Shown here piece after piece: positions 24,919-41,220 of a stretch of 64,000 bases of DNA. The notes under the pieces were generated by a model, which worked only from the letters and a program-made list of their open reading frames with translations, ran no database searches and was not told the origin of the DNA. The translations under genes were made by a program, and so were the position numbers. The stretch comes from the human T2T-CHM13v2.0 reference genome, Homo sapiens. The DNA is taken from NCBI RefSeq assembly GCF_009914755.1, contig NC_060944.1. The stretch is one strand, 5' to 3'. Positions within the stretch are counted from its first letter, which is position 1. Each line of letters starts with the position of its first letter.

Positions 24919-27900
24919 CGCGCCCGCCTCCACCACGCCGCGGGATCCCACCTGTTAGAGCGGCGCAGCCTTCGCCGCCGCCCGCCCCCCCCTTCCTCCT
25001 GCGCCCGCCCGCCGGGCCCAGCCCCCGCCCGGCCCGGCCCCTGGGGGCGCGGGGGCAGCCGCGCCCGCAGCCGCCGGGAGGGCAGGAACCACAGACGCGC
25101 AGTGCCCAGCCCAGGAACCGCGTTCCGTCTGGCCGGGCCGGGCCCGGAGCTTCGCAGGCCCCGCTCCTCCCGGACGCGGCGGTCCCGCGGGGAGTAGGGC
25201 GCAGACCCCAGCCCAGACGCCGGCCTCCCGGCCGCCCCGCCCCACTTAGCCAGGCCGGGAAGGTGTAGGGCAGGCTCCCCCTCCCTCGCTCCCGCAAGTG
25301 ACTTGACCTCTCCCGTGAGCCGAAGCCAGAAGAGCAGTGTTCCCCTGGGGGAACCCCACATCGCCGCCCTTCGGGGCCCCCAAACTTCCTCTCCTTTTGC
25401 CTCACCCTGAATTCCCCGAAGTTTGGCCAGCTTTGCCTCTGCTTGCCTGCCCCACTGCTCTGGGACAGGCCCAGGCCCCCTGGGAAGTCGCCTGTGGCCT
25501 CAGCCCAATCCCACCTCCGCTTCAGAAAACTCTCAACACATCCACAAACTCATCCTGAGACACCCTGCCTTCCTGAGTGCGCCTTGACCTAGAATCTCTT
25601 GCTGAGTAAACTCAGGTAGCCCCACCGCCCCCCTCCTACCTGGGCAGATCTGACCTTGGGTAGAGCTAGCTGGTCCCCTCCCCCTTAATGAAATTACCAA
25701 CATAAATAAAGGCACAGGCCAATTCCCCAGGATTTCTGTGCCCCTACCCCCCACTTCCTTAACAGGTCATGAGGAATTGCTGCACTTCTCTCCCAGCTGT
25801 CCCCGGGGGTCCACCCCATGTCCCCATGACACTCCTGCAGGCAAGTCACCATCCAAGTCCTGAGGCCCAGACTTTGTCTAGTGCAGGACCGTTTCCTGCG
25901 TAGGAACTACTGTCTACTCCCATCCCAAAGTCCCCCACCCCAGGACCTACTACGTGCCATGTCCTGGCAACTCTGAGAGGCAGAGGGAATGGCTCCATTT
26001 TACAGACGAAGACCTGGGGCTTGGAGAGGTGGCCTGACCTGCTCAAGGTCATGCAGGAAGGAGGGGTGGGTTTCAGCTCATGTGCATCTGGCTGCTGCTG
26101 CCATATCACACACAAACTCTTCCCCTTTCACCGCGCTCGGAGAGAGCCCCACGCTGTGTATACCTGGCTCACTTCCCCCAGTAGACAGGGAGCTCCAGAT
26201 GCTCAGGGCCATATCTGACCCATCCTCATATGCACAGGCCCTAGCACAACACCTGGCACACAGTAGGTGCCAGTAAATGCTGAAAGAACCCTAGAGGTCT
26301 CCCAAGCCCCAACCTCTCTCTGCATTTCACATGGGAGATTATTTTTAGATAATTTACATTTCATGTTACTTTATATACACCAACAACTCCACAGTCATTT
26401 TTCCTCTTTATCTTCTCAAGAGCTCTTTTTGGATCTATGCTGGTATGCATGCCCGTTTTTAAGAGGTGACCACTCAGAGCGGGGAAGGCACTACCCAAAG
26501 GCCAGCCCCAGGGGCGCAGGGGCTTCTGTGATTAAGAAGCTCAGACCCTGACTTTTTCCATGTGTCCCTTGACGGTTATCCTTCCAGCACACTCTTCCTG
26601 AGAGCAGAGATGCTCTAGCCTGGCAATGGTAATGATAACTGTGGCAAATATGCCCTGTGCCTGGGTGGTGGGGTCCTTGTGTGAGCCCTGGTCTCTCTGT
26701 CCAGTTCCAGGACCCACTTCAATAACCACTAAGCCGGACCACCTCTCCACCCAGGCTGGGTCTTTGCCTGCCTTTCAGAAGCTAAAAACCTGGTTGTCAA
26801 TCTTGGGCTGAGTTCTGGCACAGCAGAATGTATAGTATAATGAAAAGAACATGGGCTTCGGGTAGAGTCAGATTTGGAAGTGAATCCTGATGATTATTTG
26901 GCGTGGCATTCTTCATGCTCACAGGTCCCACTTGGCTACTTCACAATGGAATGAAGCCATCATTCCACCCTTTGCTGGGTAACCTCAGGCTGGTCACTGA
27001 GCCCCTACTTCATCATCTGTATAGCGGGACAGGATGTCACAGATGTAGAGATTCAACAGGATGAGAGTGCCTGAGCTGTGACGGGTGCCCAGTAAGTGCC
27101 ATTTTCTCCCTCATGGGGCCTCGAAGTATTCAAGGAGGAAGACAGGCATTGTTGGCACTTTTTGTGCTTCATTCATTCAACAAACATTTGTTTAGCAGCC
27201 ATTGTGCAGCAGGGGCTTGGGATATGGTCATGGGATCCCCAAGGTCCCTGCCCTACGGGAGTGCACCAATGGGTATGGAAGATGGCTATTGAACAAACCA
27301 GCTATTGATCACAACAGCCCGGGGAATGGGCCACGAAGGAAAGAGAGAGCTGTGATAGCAAATAATGCAAAGAAGGGGCTGCTTTTCTTAGGGGGATCAG
27401 GGAAGGCCCCTCTAAGGAGGTAGCATCTGAGCAGTGACTTAAATGACAGGTGCCAAGGCATGCTGTTCCTGCATTCCAGGATGAGGGAAGAGCAAGGGCA
27501 AAAGCCCCAAGGTGGAAGGAGATTGGCATTTTCTAGAAGCTGGAAGGTGTCCAGTGTGGTGAGACTGAAGTGAGGGAGGAGGGGTTGGAGGGCAGGAGTC
27601 TTGAAGACCCTGGGAAATACTTTGGATGGCATTCCAGCTGCTATGGGAGCTACTGGCGAGTTTTAAACGAGCAGGACTGTGGGGTAGAGAAGAAGTGAGG
27701 AGAGGAGGGCAGCTGCAGGGGTCCAGAGGTCTGTGGTCTTGGAGGTCAGAGGCCTGGAGGTGTCCCTACTGTGTGACAGCTCACTGCACCAGGCACGTCC
27801 CAGCCTCTTGCCCCAAGGGCTCCTGGGAGAGTGGAACAGCCAAGGAGTGAGAACAGCCTACTGCGGCCCATCCCCACTTTTGCAGAAACAGACCCTGGGT

Positions 27901-28078
27901 CTTCAGCCTATCCGTGTCACTGGGGTCCTTTAGGAGGGGCATGCTGGGTGGGGTGTGGGGTAAGTCTCCCACAATGCCCAACTCCTGGGGGGATGCAATC
28001 ACGGTCCCAGGGGGCAGCTGCTCTTTTTTGATTTCCATTCCAGACACCTGCCAAAGGAAAAAGTAGGCTGCCCCATGA

Positions 28079-28390
<312 letters not shown>

Positions 28391-29790
28391 TCTGGATTTT
28401 TTTTTTTTTTCCACACTTCGTCCAGGTGTCCAAGGGAGACTGGAGTTGAAGCACAGGGAGTCCAAGCCCCCAGGGCTCACGTCCTCTCTGAATACAGATA
28501 GTAACGTAATCACTCCTGGGCTCAAGTGATTCTCCCGCCTTGGACTCCCAAAGTGCTGGGATTACAGGCATGAGCCACCATGCCCGGCCTCTGGATTTTT
28601 TTTTTTTTCCACACTTCGTCCAGGTGTCCAAGGGAGACTGGAGTTGAAGCACAGGGAGTCCAAGCCCCCAGGGCTCACGTCCACTCTGAATACAGATAGT
28701 AACGTAATGGGTCACAAGAGCTTGGTGATGAAGGGTTCTCAGAGTATACAGTCCAAACCCTGCCTCTGATAGATGGGTAAACTGAGTCCCACAGGAGCAA
28801 AGAGGCTCAGGGCCGCAGGACAGAACCAGGTACCTGGCCTTTGCCTGATTTGGCCCAGATCACCTGCCTTTCACTGAGCTCTGACCCTGGGCCCAGATGA
28901 GCGGGGATGCCTGCAACTCGACAGTGAGGTGGCCCTGACTGTGCCACAGGAAGTTCCAGGCCTGGGGTGGGGCAGAGTGACTCAGGCTCCCACAGAGGCC
29001 TGTCCACGCAAGGGCCAGGAAGAACAGAGAGGCCCCAGAGCCTTGGGGAGAGGTAGTTACCACCACTGGGTGCTGGTGCCCCTTCTATCAAGGGCTTGTG
29101 CCACCACCTGCCATCCCCCTATTCTATAGCATCCCCCTGCAGTCTGCCAGCCATGCTGAGCCGCTGCTGTACGCCCACCTCTCTAGAAAGGCCTCCTGAC
29201 CTCTCAGGTTGGGTCAGGGGCTTTCTCTGGTCACTCATAGAGCCTTGGGCTTTCCCCCTCCCAGCTCTGACCACAGCATTTCACGATGGCCTCATTACCT
29301 GTGTCGACCAGTGCCCAGCACAGGAGCTAAGGCTTAAACGTTATTGAATAAATGGATAAATAAGCAACCAACCAACCAAATGAATGAATGAATGAATGAA
29401 TGGGCTTATCCTCAAAAAGCAGGTGCTAGACTGAAGTCTACAGCATTTTCCACCATGCTACTATGCTTCCTCCATAATCAATCCATCCATCAGCATTTAT
29501 TGTGCTTCTCCTAACAGGCTCTGCTGTTGAGTGACTGAGTCCCTTAATCTCTCTAAGCCTCAGTGTTCAATGCCGATAAAATGGGAATATTAATAATTAT
29601 CCCTAACTCACAGGGCTGTCGTGAGAATAAGCACTCAACAAATGCTAGCTCCTATTGTCATTATGCCCATCCATCATTCAGACGTTTATTTGGGCATCTT
29701 CTGTATGTCAGCCACCACGCTTGGTGTTTGGAATACAGTAATAAACAAGAGGGACCTGACCCATGAAGCTCAGGGACTAGCTGACTTTCA

Positions 29791-30747
<957 letters not shown>

Positions 30748-31042
30748 TCAAATGTCACCTCCCCTGAGGAGCCTTCCTTGACTGCCCTTCTTAAAAGTCC
30801 CCCAGTGGCCCTCCATTCCCGTTCCTTACTTGATTCATCCTCATGGACTCAGTGCCACCTTCCTTTATAATACATATGTATTTGTTTCCTGTCTCTGTTC
30901 ATCTCACCTACTGGAATGTACATTCCTAGAGGGCAGAGCTCTGTCCTGTTCACTGCAGTATCTCCAACATCCAGAACAATACCTGACACGTAGTAGGTGT
31001 CCCATATGTGTTTACTGAATAAATGAATGAATGAAAATCCCT

Positions 31043-31065
31043 GAGAGAGAGAGAGAGAGAGAGAG

Positions 31066-31106
<41 letters not shown>
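31043..31106. repeat. (GA)13(GT)19 compound microsatellite
   Basis: Read directly from the sequence. Confidence 0.92.
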
Positions 31107-31108
<2 letters not shown>

Positions 31109-31963
31109 TTTGACTATACACTGCAATGAGATCCAGGAAGATTTCTGCTGAATTGGAGAGGCAGGGGCCTTTTTTGCTTATATTCATTTTGTCTTTGGCA
31201 AGTCACTTCCCTTCATTAAGCCTTGGTTTCCTCATCTGTAAAACGGAGCTAGTGCCTGCTTTGCAGAATCTTTGTGAAGCGTCAATCAAATACGGTGCAA
31301 AGTGCCTAGGTGGGGCCTGGCACACAGTAGGTGGGCAACTCTGTCATTTTGATGGAGCCCTTGTTGGGGGAGGCCTGTGAAGGGGGATCCCAGGGCCTGA
31401 GCCTCTCTGCAGGACACAAAGGAAGCTGACACTGGATCTGTCCCGTCACCTGAACTCACCAGTAATTTATTGATGCTGGATGCTGGCACCCAGCAGCCTG
31501 CTGGGTCAGTCTCAGGGAGCAGGTGTAGGGCCCTCGGGCCTACCCCAGCCTCACCCAGGCAGGGAGGGGAGGGGAGCCTGGGTCTGCCCAGCCCAGGAAA
31601 ATTGATAGGTCAGCCCTTACAAGTCAGTCCCCTTCTGTGTGCCAGGCAGTGCAGGCAGAAAAAAAAACAAGTGTGGTTCCTGCCTGGCCTGAGCTCATAG
31701 AGGGTTGAAGTGGACATATTTCAAATAACCAAAATGGTGAGAGCTGCATGAGGGCCTACTATGTGCCAAGAACTTCGTACCTATAACCACATTTAAGCCT
31801 CATACAGGGCTTAAATGTGCTGAGGTCGCACAGCTAGTGGTGGGGCAAGAGGAGGGTTTGCACCCAGATTTGCCTGGCTCTAAAGCCAGGGCACATTACT
31901 GCCATCCCGCCCCACTCAGGCTGGCTGGGCCAATGGGCATTAAAAAAAAAAAAAAAAAAAACG

Positions 31964-32647
<684 letters not shown>

Positions 32648-33493
32648 GGAAGAGCTCTGGGAGTTGAAAACTGAGAGTAGGTGCTTTCCATGGGAGGCTT
32701 CCTTAAGGCTGAGACCTTTAACCGGCCTTCAGCGGGTAGATGGAGATACCAAAGGGTGAGTGTGTTTTAGGCCAGAGAAGCAGCCGAGTGGAGGTCTGGA
32801 GGGAAAAGGGAGCGATCTGTTTGCACTGTGGTGGGCATGCCCACCTGGGAGAGCACCAGGGCCCAGCAGTGGGCATGCTGGGGCTCTGAATGCTTGGCTA
32901 AGCCTTGGGCCTCCCTGGTGGGACATGGGGAGGGAGCCATGGGAGGCTGCTGAGCAATGAAGCCACTGTTTCCCCCTGACCTATATATTGTAAGAGGCCT
33001 GCTAGTCAGGCCAGAGTGTGCCTGGCCTTCGAGAACCTCTAACATCTAGCTTCAGCCTCACCTCCCTCTACCAGCTCTCTGGACCTGGCATGTCACAGGC
33101 AGCCAAACACTTACGGCTCATTCTCACCTCTGCACCTCTGTTCTCTTGGCCCCTTCTCCTGCAATGCCCGCTCTGTCTACCCAGACCCTACCTAATTGCT
33201 CAGGTCTTCCTTCCAGGCCATTTCCTCCATGAAGCCTGCCCTGACCACACCAGCCCTGAGTTACATGCCTCAGCCTCAGAACCGCCGGGGGCCTGGGCTG
33301 GGAAAGTGCCCATCCTCCTCTCAAGTCCGCGGCACTCGCCATCCACCAAGATGGGCTGCTGCTTTTACCTGCATAGCAACTTTCTTCTCCTGGTAACAGC
33401 ATCTTGAAATCCCTTTGAGAAACCGCCTCCTTCATATTCAGAGCATGTTGCTGGAGCCATACTGACCTGACCACTGAAAGCATTGAATGACTA

Positions 33494-33877
<384 letters not shown>

Positions 33878-34197
33878 TCAACCACACCTAAAGGCCCTTT
33901 TCTTCTTCACTTAGGTCTCTCAGTGCTGGATTTCCTGCAACCCCATGAGCCCTGACGGATGTACCATTTGTTCAGTGCAGTCAGACCCCCTCTGGTCTGG
34001 CCCAGATGGCTGTACCAGCCTCCTCTCTGCACTCCTGGCCTCTAGGTTTTCCCTTCTGGTACACCAGAATAAAGTTCAAACTCCTTGGTGTGGCATTCAA
34101 GGCCTTTCACTATCTTGTTCCAGCCTCTACTTCTCTCTGTGCCAACCACACTGAACCTTCCATTCCCCTGAACAGCAAGACTGCGTTCAGACTTGTT

Positions 34198-34783
34198 CGG
34201 ATGCTCCTTGACTTACAATGTGGCTAAGTCCTGATAAACCCATTGTAAGTTGAAAATATCATTGTAAGTCAGTCAAAAGTGCATTTTTTTGTTTGTTTGT
34301 TCAGTTGGTTGGTTTTGTTTGTTTTGTTTTGTTTTTTGAGATAGGGTCTCACTCTGTTGCCCAGGCTGAAGTGCAGTGGTGAGATCACGGCTCACTACAG
34401 CCTCCACCTCCTGAGCTCAAGCGATACTCCTGCCTCAGCCTCCCAAGTAGCTGTGACCACAGGTGTGCGCCATCATGCCTGGCTAATTTTTGTATTTTTT
34501 GTAGAGATAGGGTTTTGCCATGTTGCCCAGGCTGGTCTCAAATTCCTGGGCCCAAGCGATCCACCCACATTGGCCTCCCAAAGTGCTATGATTACAAGTG
34601 TGAGCCACAGCACCCAGCAAAAATACGCTTTTAACTTACCGCATTTCCAACTTATTCTAACAGTGGGTTTACCTGGATGTAACTCCTTTGTAGTCAAGGA
34701 GTATGCTGAATGCATATCACTTTGGCACCATCGTAAAGTCGAAAAATTGTGAGTTGATCCCTTGTTAAGTTGGGGATCACCTG
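34198..34783. mobile_element. MER47-like Tigger (TcMar) non-autonomous DNA transposon, interrupted by an antisense Alu (~34290-34618)
   Basis: Ends are cggatgctccttgacttac... and ...taagttggggatcacctg followed by TA. Internal tgaatgcatatcactttggcaccatcgtaaagtcgaaaaatt resembles the MER47/Tigger5 consensus as recalled. Confidence 0.75.
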
Positions 34784-35674
34784 TATATGCAGTTCCCCTC
34801 AATCACTGGGACTGCCCTTCCCCACCAATTCTCTTCCTGAAAAACTCCTACTCATCCTTCAAGATCCCATTTGATTGTCACTCCGTCTGCCATGTTTCCC
34901 TTGACCCCTAGGCAGGGTAAGATATCTGTTCTCTCCTGGCACCTCAAGCTCCCTGGCTGGTCTCCTTCATGCAGTGACCACCTGATGTGGTTATTCTCTT
35001 CCACCTGGCTACCTTCTTCCCTGACAAGGAGCTACTCGAAGACAGGGTCATGTCTTGTTCATTTTTCATCTCCCAAAGGGCCTATTAATAAATAGTTGTC
35101 AACTGACTGACTTACCGACAGGGCACTCAATCCAAGTTCATATTCCTGAAATCCTTGCAAACCATTAGGTAACTATTTTTGCTGGTCACCTTTTCCAGTT
35201 AACCACTCACTGGGTTTTCTTTACTGCAGGACTTCTCAGAGGCATTCACGTGCTAATAATAGCACTTCAACCCTCCCTGAAAGGGAGAGAATGCCAAAGC
35301 TGGCCTAGGCAACGGTTTGAGGTCATCTGGTCCATTTTAGGAATGGGGAAACTGAGGCCCAGAAAGGGACAGAGACTCATCCAGGCACTTGATGGCAGAT
35401 CTGGGCCCTCAGTCCAGCCTTGTGTCCCCCAGTGCCCTCCTGTCTACATCCCACTGCCTCAGGCCCAAAACGTTAAGAGTGAGGGCTCTGGAGCCAGACT
35501 GCCTGCATTTGAGTCTTGTGCCCGCTCTCACCAGCTGTGTGACCTTGACTGAGTGACTTAGCCCCTCTGAGTTTCAATGTCCTCATCCATAAGGTGTTGA
35601 CAATAACAGCACCTCCTTTATGGGGTTGTTGTCAGGGTTTAAGTGAAGTGGTCCACATAAAAGCACTTAGCACA

Positions 35675-35967
35675 GGCTGGGGACGGCAGCTCATTTCTGT
35701 AATCCCAGCACTTTGGGAGGCCGATGTGGGAAGATCACTTGAGGCCAGGAGTTCGAAACCAGCCTGGCCAACATGGTGAACCCCCATCTCTACTAAAAAT
35801 ACAAAAATTAGCCAGGCATGGTGGTGGGCACCTGTAATCCCAGCTACTTGGGAGGCTAAGGCAGGAGAATCGCTTGAACCCAGGAGGCGCAGGGTGCAGT
35901 GAGCCAAGAGCCACTGTACTCCAGCCTGGGCAACAGAGCGAGACTCCGTCTCAAAAAAAAAAAAAAG
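35675..35967 (+). mobile_element. Alu (S-like) inserted in a MIR
   Basis: TSD aaaagcacttagcacag. Confidence 0.9.
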
Positions 35968-37365
35968 CACTTAGCACAGTGCCCGGCACATAGTAGGCCC
36001 CCGGTAAATTGCCACCAGCATCTCTATAACCTTAGATTTCTCAGGAAATAGCAGACACACTGAGCCTTGACATCTTGGAGAGCTGTGGTTCTCTCTGGAG
36101 AAAGATGCCAATTAAATACCAGGTCCAGGCTGGGCTGACCTCCCACATGGGGCCTGCTCCTGTGGAAGCCCAGATGTTGGGCCTTCCTCCTCCCTGACTT
36201 GAAAAAAAGGTGGTTTTTGTTTAGAGGAATTTTCCCTGCATTTTCATATTGGCTCTATAAGTTGGATTTTGTTGAGTGGTTTCTGACAAGCAAGTTGTAC
36301 AGGCATGTATGTGGAGGAGACGCAAGGCTGCCTGTAGCCATGGGGGTGGATCTGAGGCCTTGAGTTCTGCCAGCCACTGGCCATGAGCTCAGCCCCTGGA
36401 CAGCTGCATCCCAGGGAGAGTGTCTGTCCTTGGGGTGATCCAGAAGGGCTTCACCCCTGGGGAATTCTTCTAGAGGTTTCCCAGAACCTTCCCTCAGAGG
36501 AAAGGCTCACTGGCAAATGGCCTGCCACCTTCCCCACCCCACCCCAGCAAACTCACACCCTGGGTTCAGGTTTGTGGTGTTGTGGTGGGGGAAGTCCCTG
36601 AGTCTCCTACCCCCAGCTCAGTCCCCTTCAAGATGGATAGTCAGGGACCAAGAGGTGGAACACGGAGCTTCTCCATATCTTCAGCAAGCCAAATAAGAAG
36701 CTAACATATGAAAGCAAGAGAGATTTCAGTTAGACAGCAGGAGAGACTTCTGCCCTGCCAGATGGCTAAAACCTGGGCTGTGCTTGGCCTAGGAAAGAGC
36801 ACTAAGCTAGGAGTCAAGACAGCTTTGACTGACAGATCCCTTGGGACTTTGGGTCACTGCCTCATTTTTTCCCTCCCTCGGTTTGCTCGTCCACAAAATG
36901 GGGATTATAATTCCTATTTGCTACAGAGCATTTCAAAGGCAACAATGGGGTGAGGCCTTGAGTCAGTGGCAGGGGGCTGCATCAGATCACCTCTGCAGGT
37001 TCCCTGTCCTCTCTTTTTAGAAGGGATTCTAGGGCCAAGGCCTTAGTCTCAGGTGCAGGGGCCCAGCGGTGAAGTGTGTGCATGTGCAGGTACACGCAGC
37101 ACTCCAGCCACACTGCAGGCACTAAGTCATGTTGGTTTTCTCCCCCTCTTCTCAGGCCACTACCCAGATGCAAAAAATGGCCTGGGCAGAAGTTAGGAAG
37201 CCTGGGTCCTAGCCCTGGGTCTGCCCCCGACTTTCTCTGACTTTGGCCATGTCCCTTACCCAACGGGGCCTCGGTTTCCCCATCTGTGCCATGAGGAGTT
37301 TGGATGGTTTTGAGATTCTTCTCTCTTGGCTCTGTGAAATCCACAACCGGCCCAGTGAGGTCTGA

Positions 37366-37792
<427 letters not shown>

Positions 37793-38649
37793 AAATTCAC
37801 CTGATTAGCTCCAACTCATCCTTAACAGCACTCAGCTCCATCATCACCTCCTGAACACCCCCAGACCCCTCCTCCAGGACGCACTCTCACAGAGTCCTAT
37901 GCCCCTCCTTTGTAATACTTAACCACCCCTGCATTTCACATTTATGTTGTTCCTTGATTGAGAACTGTCCACCGCACCCCTGGCTGTGAATTCTATGAGG
38001 TCAGAGACTGGATCTGTCTTTGTCCCTGTGGTGCCCCTGACACCCAGCACTGGGCCTGGCACAGAGGAGATGCTCAGCCGTTGAATGGATGGGCAGACGA
38101 CCTCCCCATTCTTTGGGACCAGTATAGGGCTGTCTCTGCTCACAAAAGCTCCTCCCTCCAGGCACCTATGCAGAGCAGACCTGGTGGTGAGGAAGAGGGG
38201 AGGCCGCTGAGGACCTGAGGGGCTCCACCCTTCCCTGGGAGCTGAGGTGATGAGAGGCCCTGCCTTCAGAAGTTGGGCTGGGAGACACGGGGAGCCCCGA
38301 GGGGTGCGTGCTGTTTACAGTGCACACCCACGTCTGCGCTCTCTCTCGGGGGCTCTCCCAGCCAGCTGAGGGCTCCACAGGGGCAGGTAGTGTCAGCTCC
38401 ATTTGCCAGACAAGGAAAACAGCCCCAGAGGGATGCTGGCTGGAGGAAGGCTCACATGGCAGGCACAGGACAGGGCTGAGGTATGACCCCAGGGGTGATG
38501 AAGCTGGAAGGGCTTTCTGCTCTCCATCTGACAAAGGCAGGAACAGGCACAGAGGGCAGGGATCAGCCTAGGGTGTTCTCAGCCAGTCAATAGCAAGGTG
38601 GGGACAATAGGAATCTATAATTCTTTTTTCTTTTTAAATTGATGGTTTT

Positions 38650-39240
<591 letters not shown>

Positions 39241-39821
39241 GGAATCTGTAGTTTTTGAACTCTGATACCTTTCTCCTGCTAGGCTGAGGCAGAGGATTCC
39301 TGGCCTTGACCCTGGATGACCCTGAGGCTTCAGATGATGGATCACACCACAGGGCAACCCGTGGGAGTGGATAATGTTGGCAGAAGCACTCTAAGGATTT
39401 GGGTAGCAGGATAGTGCCAGGCAGTCTGGGTTAGAACCCCAGCTCTGCCACTCACCAGCTGTGTGACCTTGCTCGGGTGCTTTTAACCTCTCTGTACCTC
39501 AGTTTCCTCATCTGTGAAATGGGGGAATTCTGGGTTAACTAGTCAATAGAACAAAGTACCCAGAGCAGGGAAGGTCTGAGACAGTTTCTAATAAACATGA
39601 ACTCTGGAGCTGACCTGGCCAGGAACAAGGGGAGTGACTAAGTCCTCTCTCTGTACCAAGGCTCTGGCGTAAGAAGTACCAGCTCTCAGCTTTGTGCCCT
39701 CAGGGCCACTGGAGAAAATGTCAGAGAAGGGCTTCAAAGATCACAGCGACTGTTCTTTGAGCCCACTGCTACTCCACAACCCACTGAATCCTCACAAGTG
39801 CCCTATAAAAATCAGGTTCAA

Positions 39822-40126
<305 letters not shown>

Positions 40127-40708
40127 GCAGGCTCTATTATTCTCCCACTTTACAAGTGTGAAAACCAAGGCTAAGGCCAGTGTCTTGTCTAAGTCCCACA
40201 GGCTGTGACTTGCAGAAACAGGGCGCATGCCCGAGCCTGCTCTTGGGGTCACTTGCTCTGAAGAGCCCAGGAACCAAAGGGTGAAGACAGAGTTGAGTTG
40301 GCCCTGGGGAGTGGAGTCCTGGAGAGAGGTCCTGGGCTGGGGCTGGCGGGCTGGGGAGAACTTGGACAGCAGGCATAGGTGGGAAGTGCAGGTACAGCCC
40401 TGTCTCCCCAGGAAACCAGGCCTGAGGTGTGCCCTGTTAGTCAATCACATCATTTGCCTGGTGCCTGTAGGGGCTAGCTCCGTGACGGCAAGGCTGAATC
40501 TTTGGTCCCCACTGTATGCAGCACCCAGCCCAGGCCCTGCCCACTGGCAGGCACTCAGTGGATGCTTGTTGAATGACTGAGTGGACCAGGCATCCTACTC
40601 TGTGGTCACCAGACTGCTCAGTGATCATGAGCACCATGCTACAAACGAGGAAACTGAGGCTCAGGGTGGGGAAGGGAACTTTCCCAGCCCACCCAGGTCT
40701 GTCTGAAT

Positions 40709-41006
40709 CTTTTGTTTTTGTTTTGAGGTGGAGTTTCGCTCTTGTTGCCCAGGCTGGAGTGCAATGGTGCAATCTCAGCTCACTAAAACCTCTGCCTCCC
40801 GGGTTCAAGTGATTCTCCTGTTTCAGCCTCCCAAGTAGCTGGGATTACAGGCATGCGCCACAACGCCCAGCTAATTTTTTTGTATTTAGTAGAGGTGGGG
40901 TTTCACCATGTTGGCCAGGCTGGTGTTGAACTCCTGACGTCAGGTGATCCACCCACCTCAGCCTCCCGAGTGGCTGGGATTACGGGCATGAGCCACTGTG
41001 CCCAGC
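40709..41006 (-). mobile_element. Alu (Sq/Sp-like)
   Basis: TSD tgtctgaatcttt. Confidence 0.9.
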
Positions 41007-41190
41007 CTGTCTGAATCTTTCTTTACCCTCCTCCAGGAACATGATCTCAGGAACACATATCTCCTTTTCCAGCCGGAAGTACCTGAGAGAGACCCCAGAA
41101 GGTGGATAAGACTGCAGAGAGCAGGGAGCATGAAGCACCTTGCCCAAGGTCTCACCAGGCAAGAGAAGGGCGGAGAAGGGCGGCTTCTTC

Positions 41191-41220
41191 ATGGATTGTA
41201 AATCCCCAAAGCGTGCAAAC
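41191..41220 (+). CDS. First part (MDCKSPKRAN) of a putative 140-aa spliced ORF in the divergent transcript
   Basis: ATG at 41191, ten codons up to the GTAAGG donor at 41221 (phase 0), in frame with the exon starting at 47834. Translation not demonstrated. Confidence 0.4.

Larger units (their letters stand above)
22500..25380. promoter_or_regulatory. CpG island / NOL4L promoter and 5' UTR (TATA-less, GC boxes)
   Basis: Very high GC with undepleted CpG, against CpG-poor flanks. Many GGGCGG/CCGCCC boxes. Spans exon 1. Confidence 0.93.

Noticed and set aside
23406-25361. 651-aa single-exon ORF as the real protein
   Set aside because: Only 24105-24425 has NOL4-family similarity. The frame runs through a canonical donor and a (CA)n repeat, and its length is explained by extreme GC content. 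The upstream part is kept only as a hypothesis.
22202-25405. Many overlapping 100-377 aa ORFs on both strands of the CpG island
   Set aside because: Low-complexity Gly/Pro/Arg/Ala sequences typical of stop-poor GC-rich DNA, with no domains.
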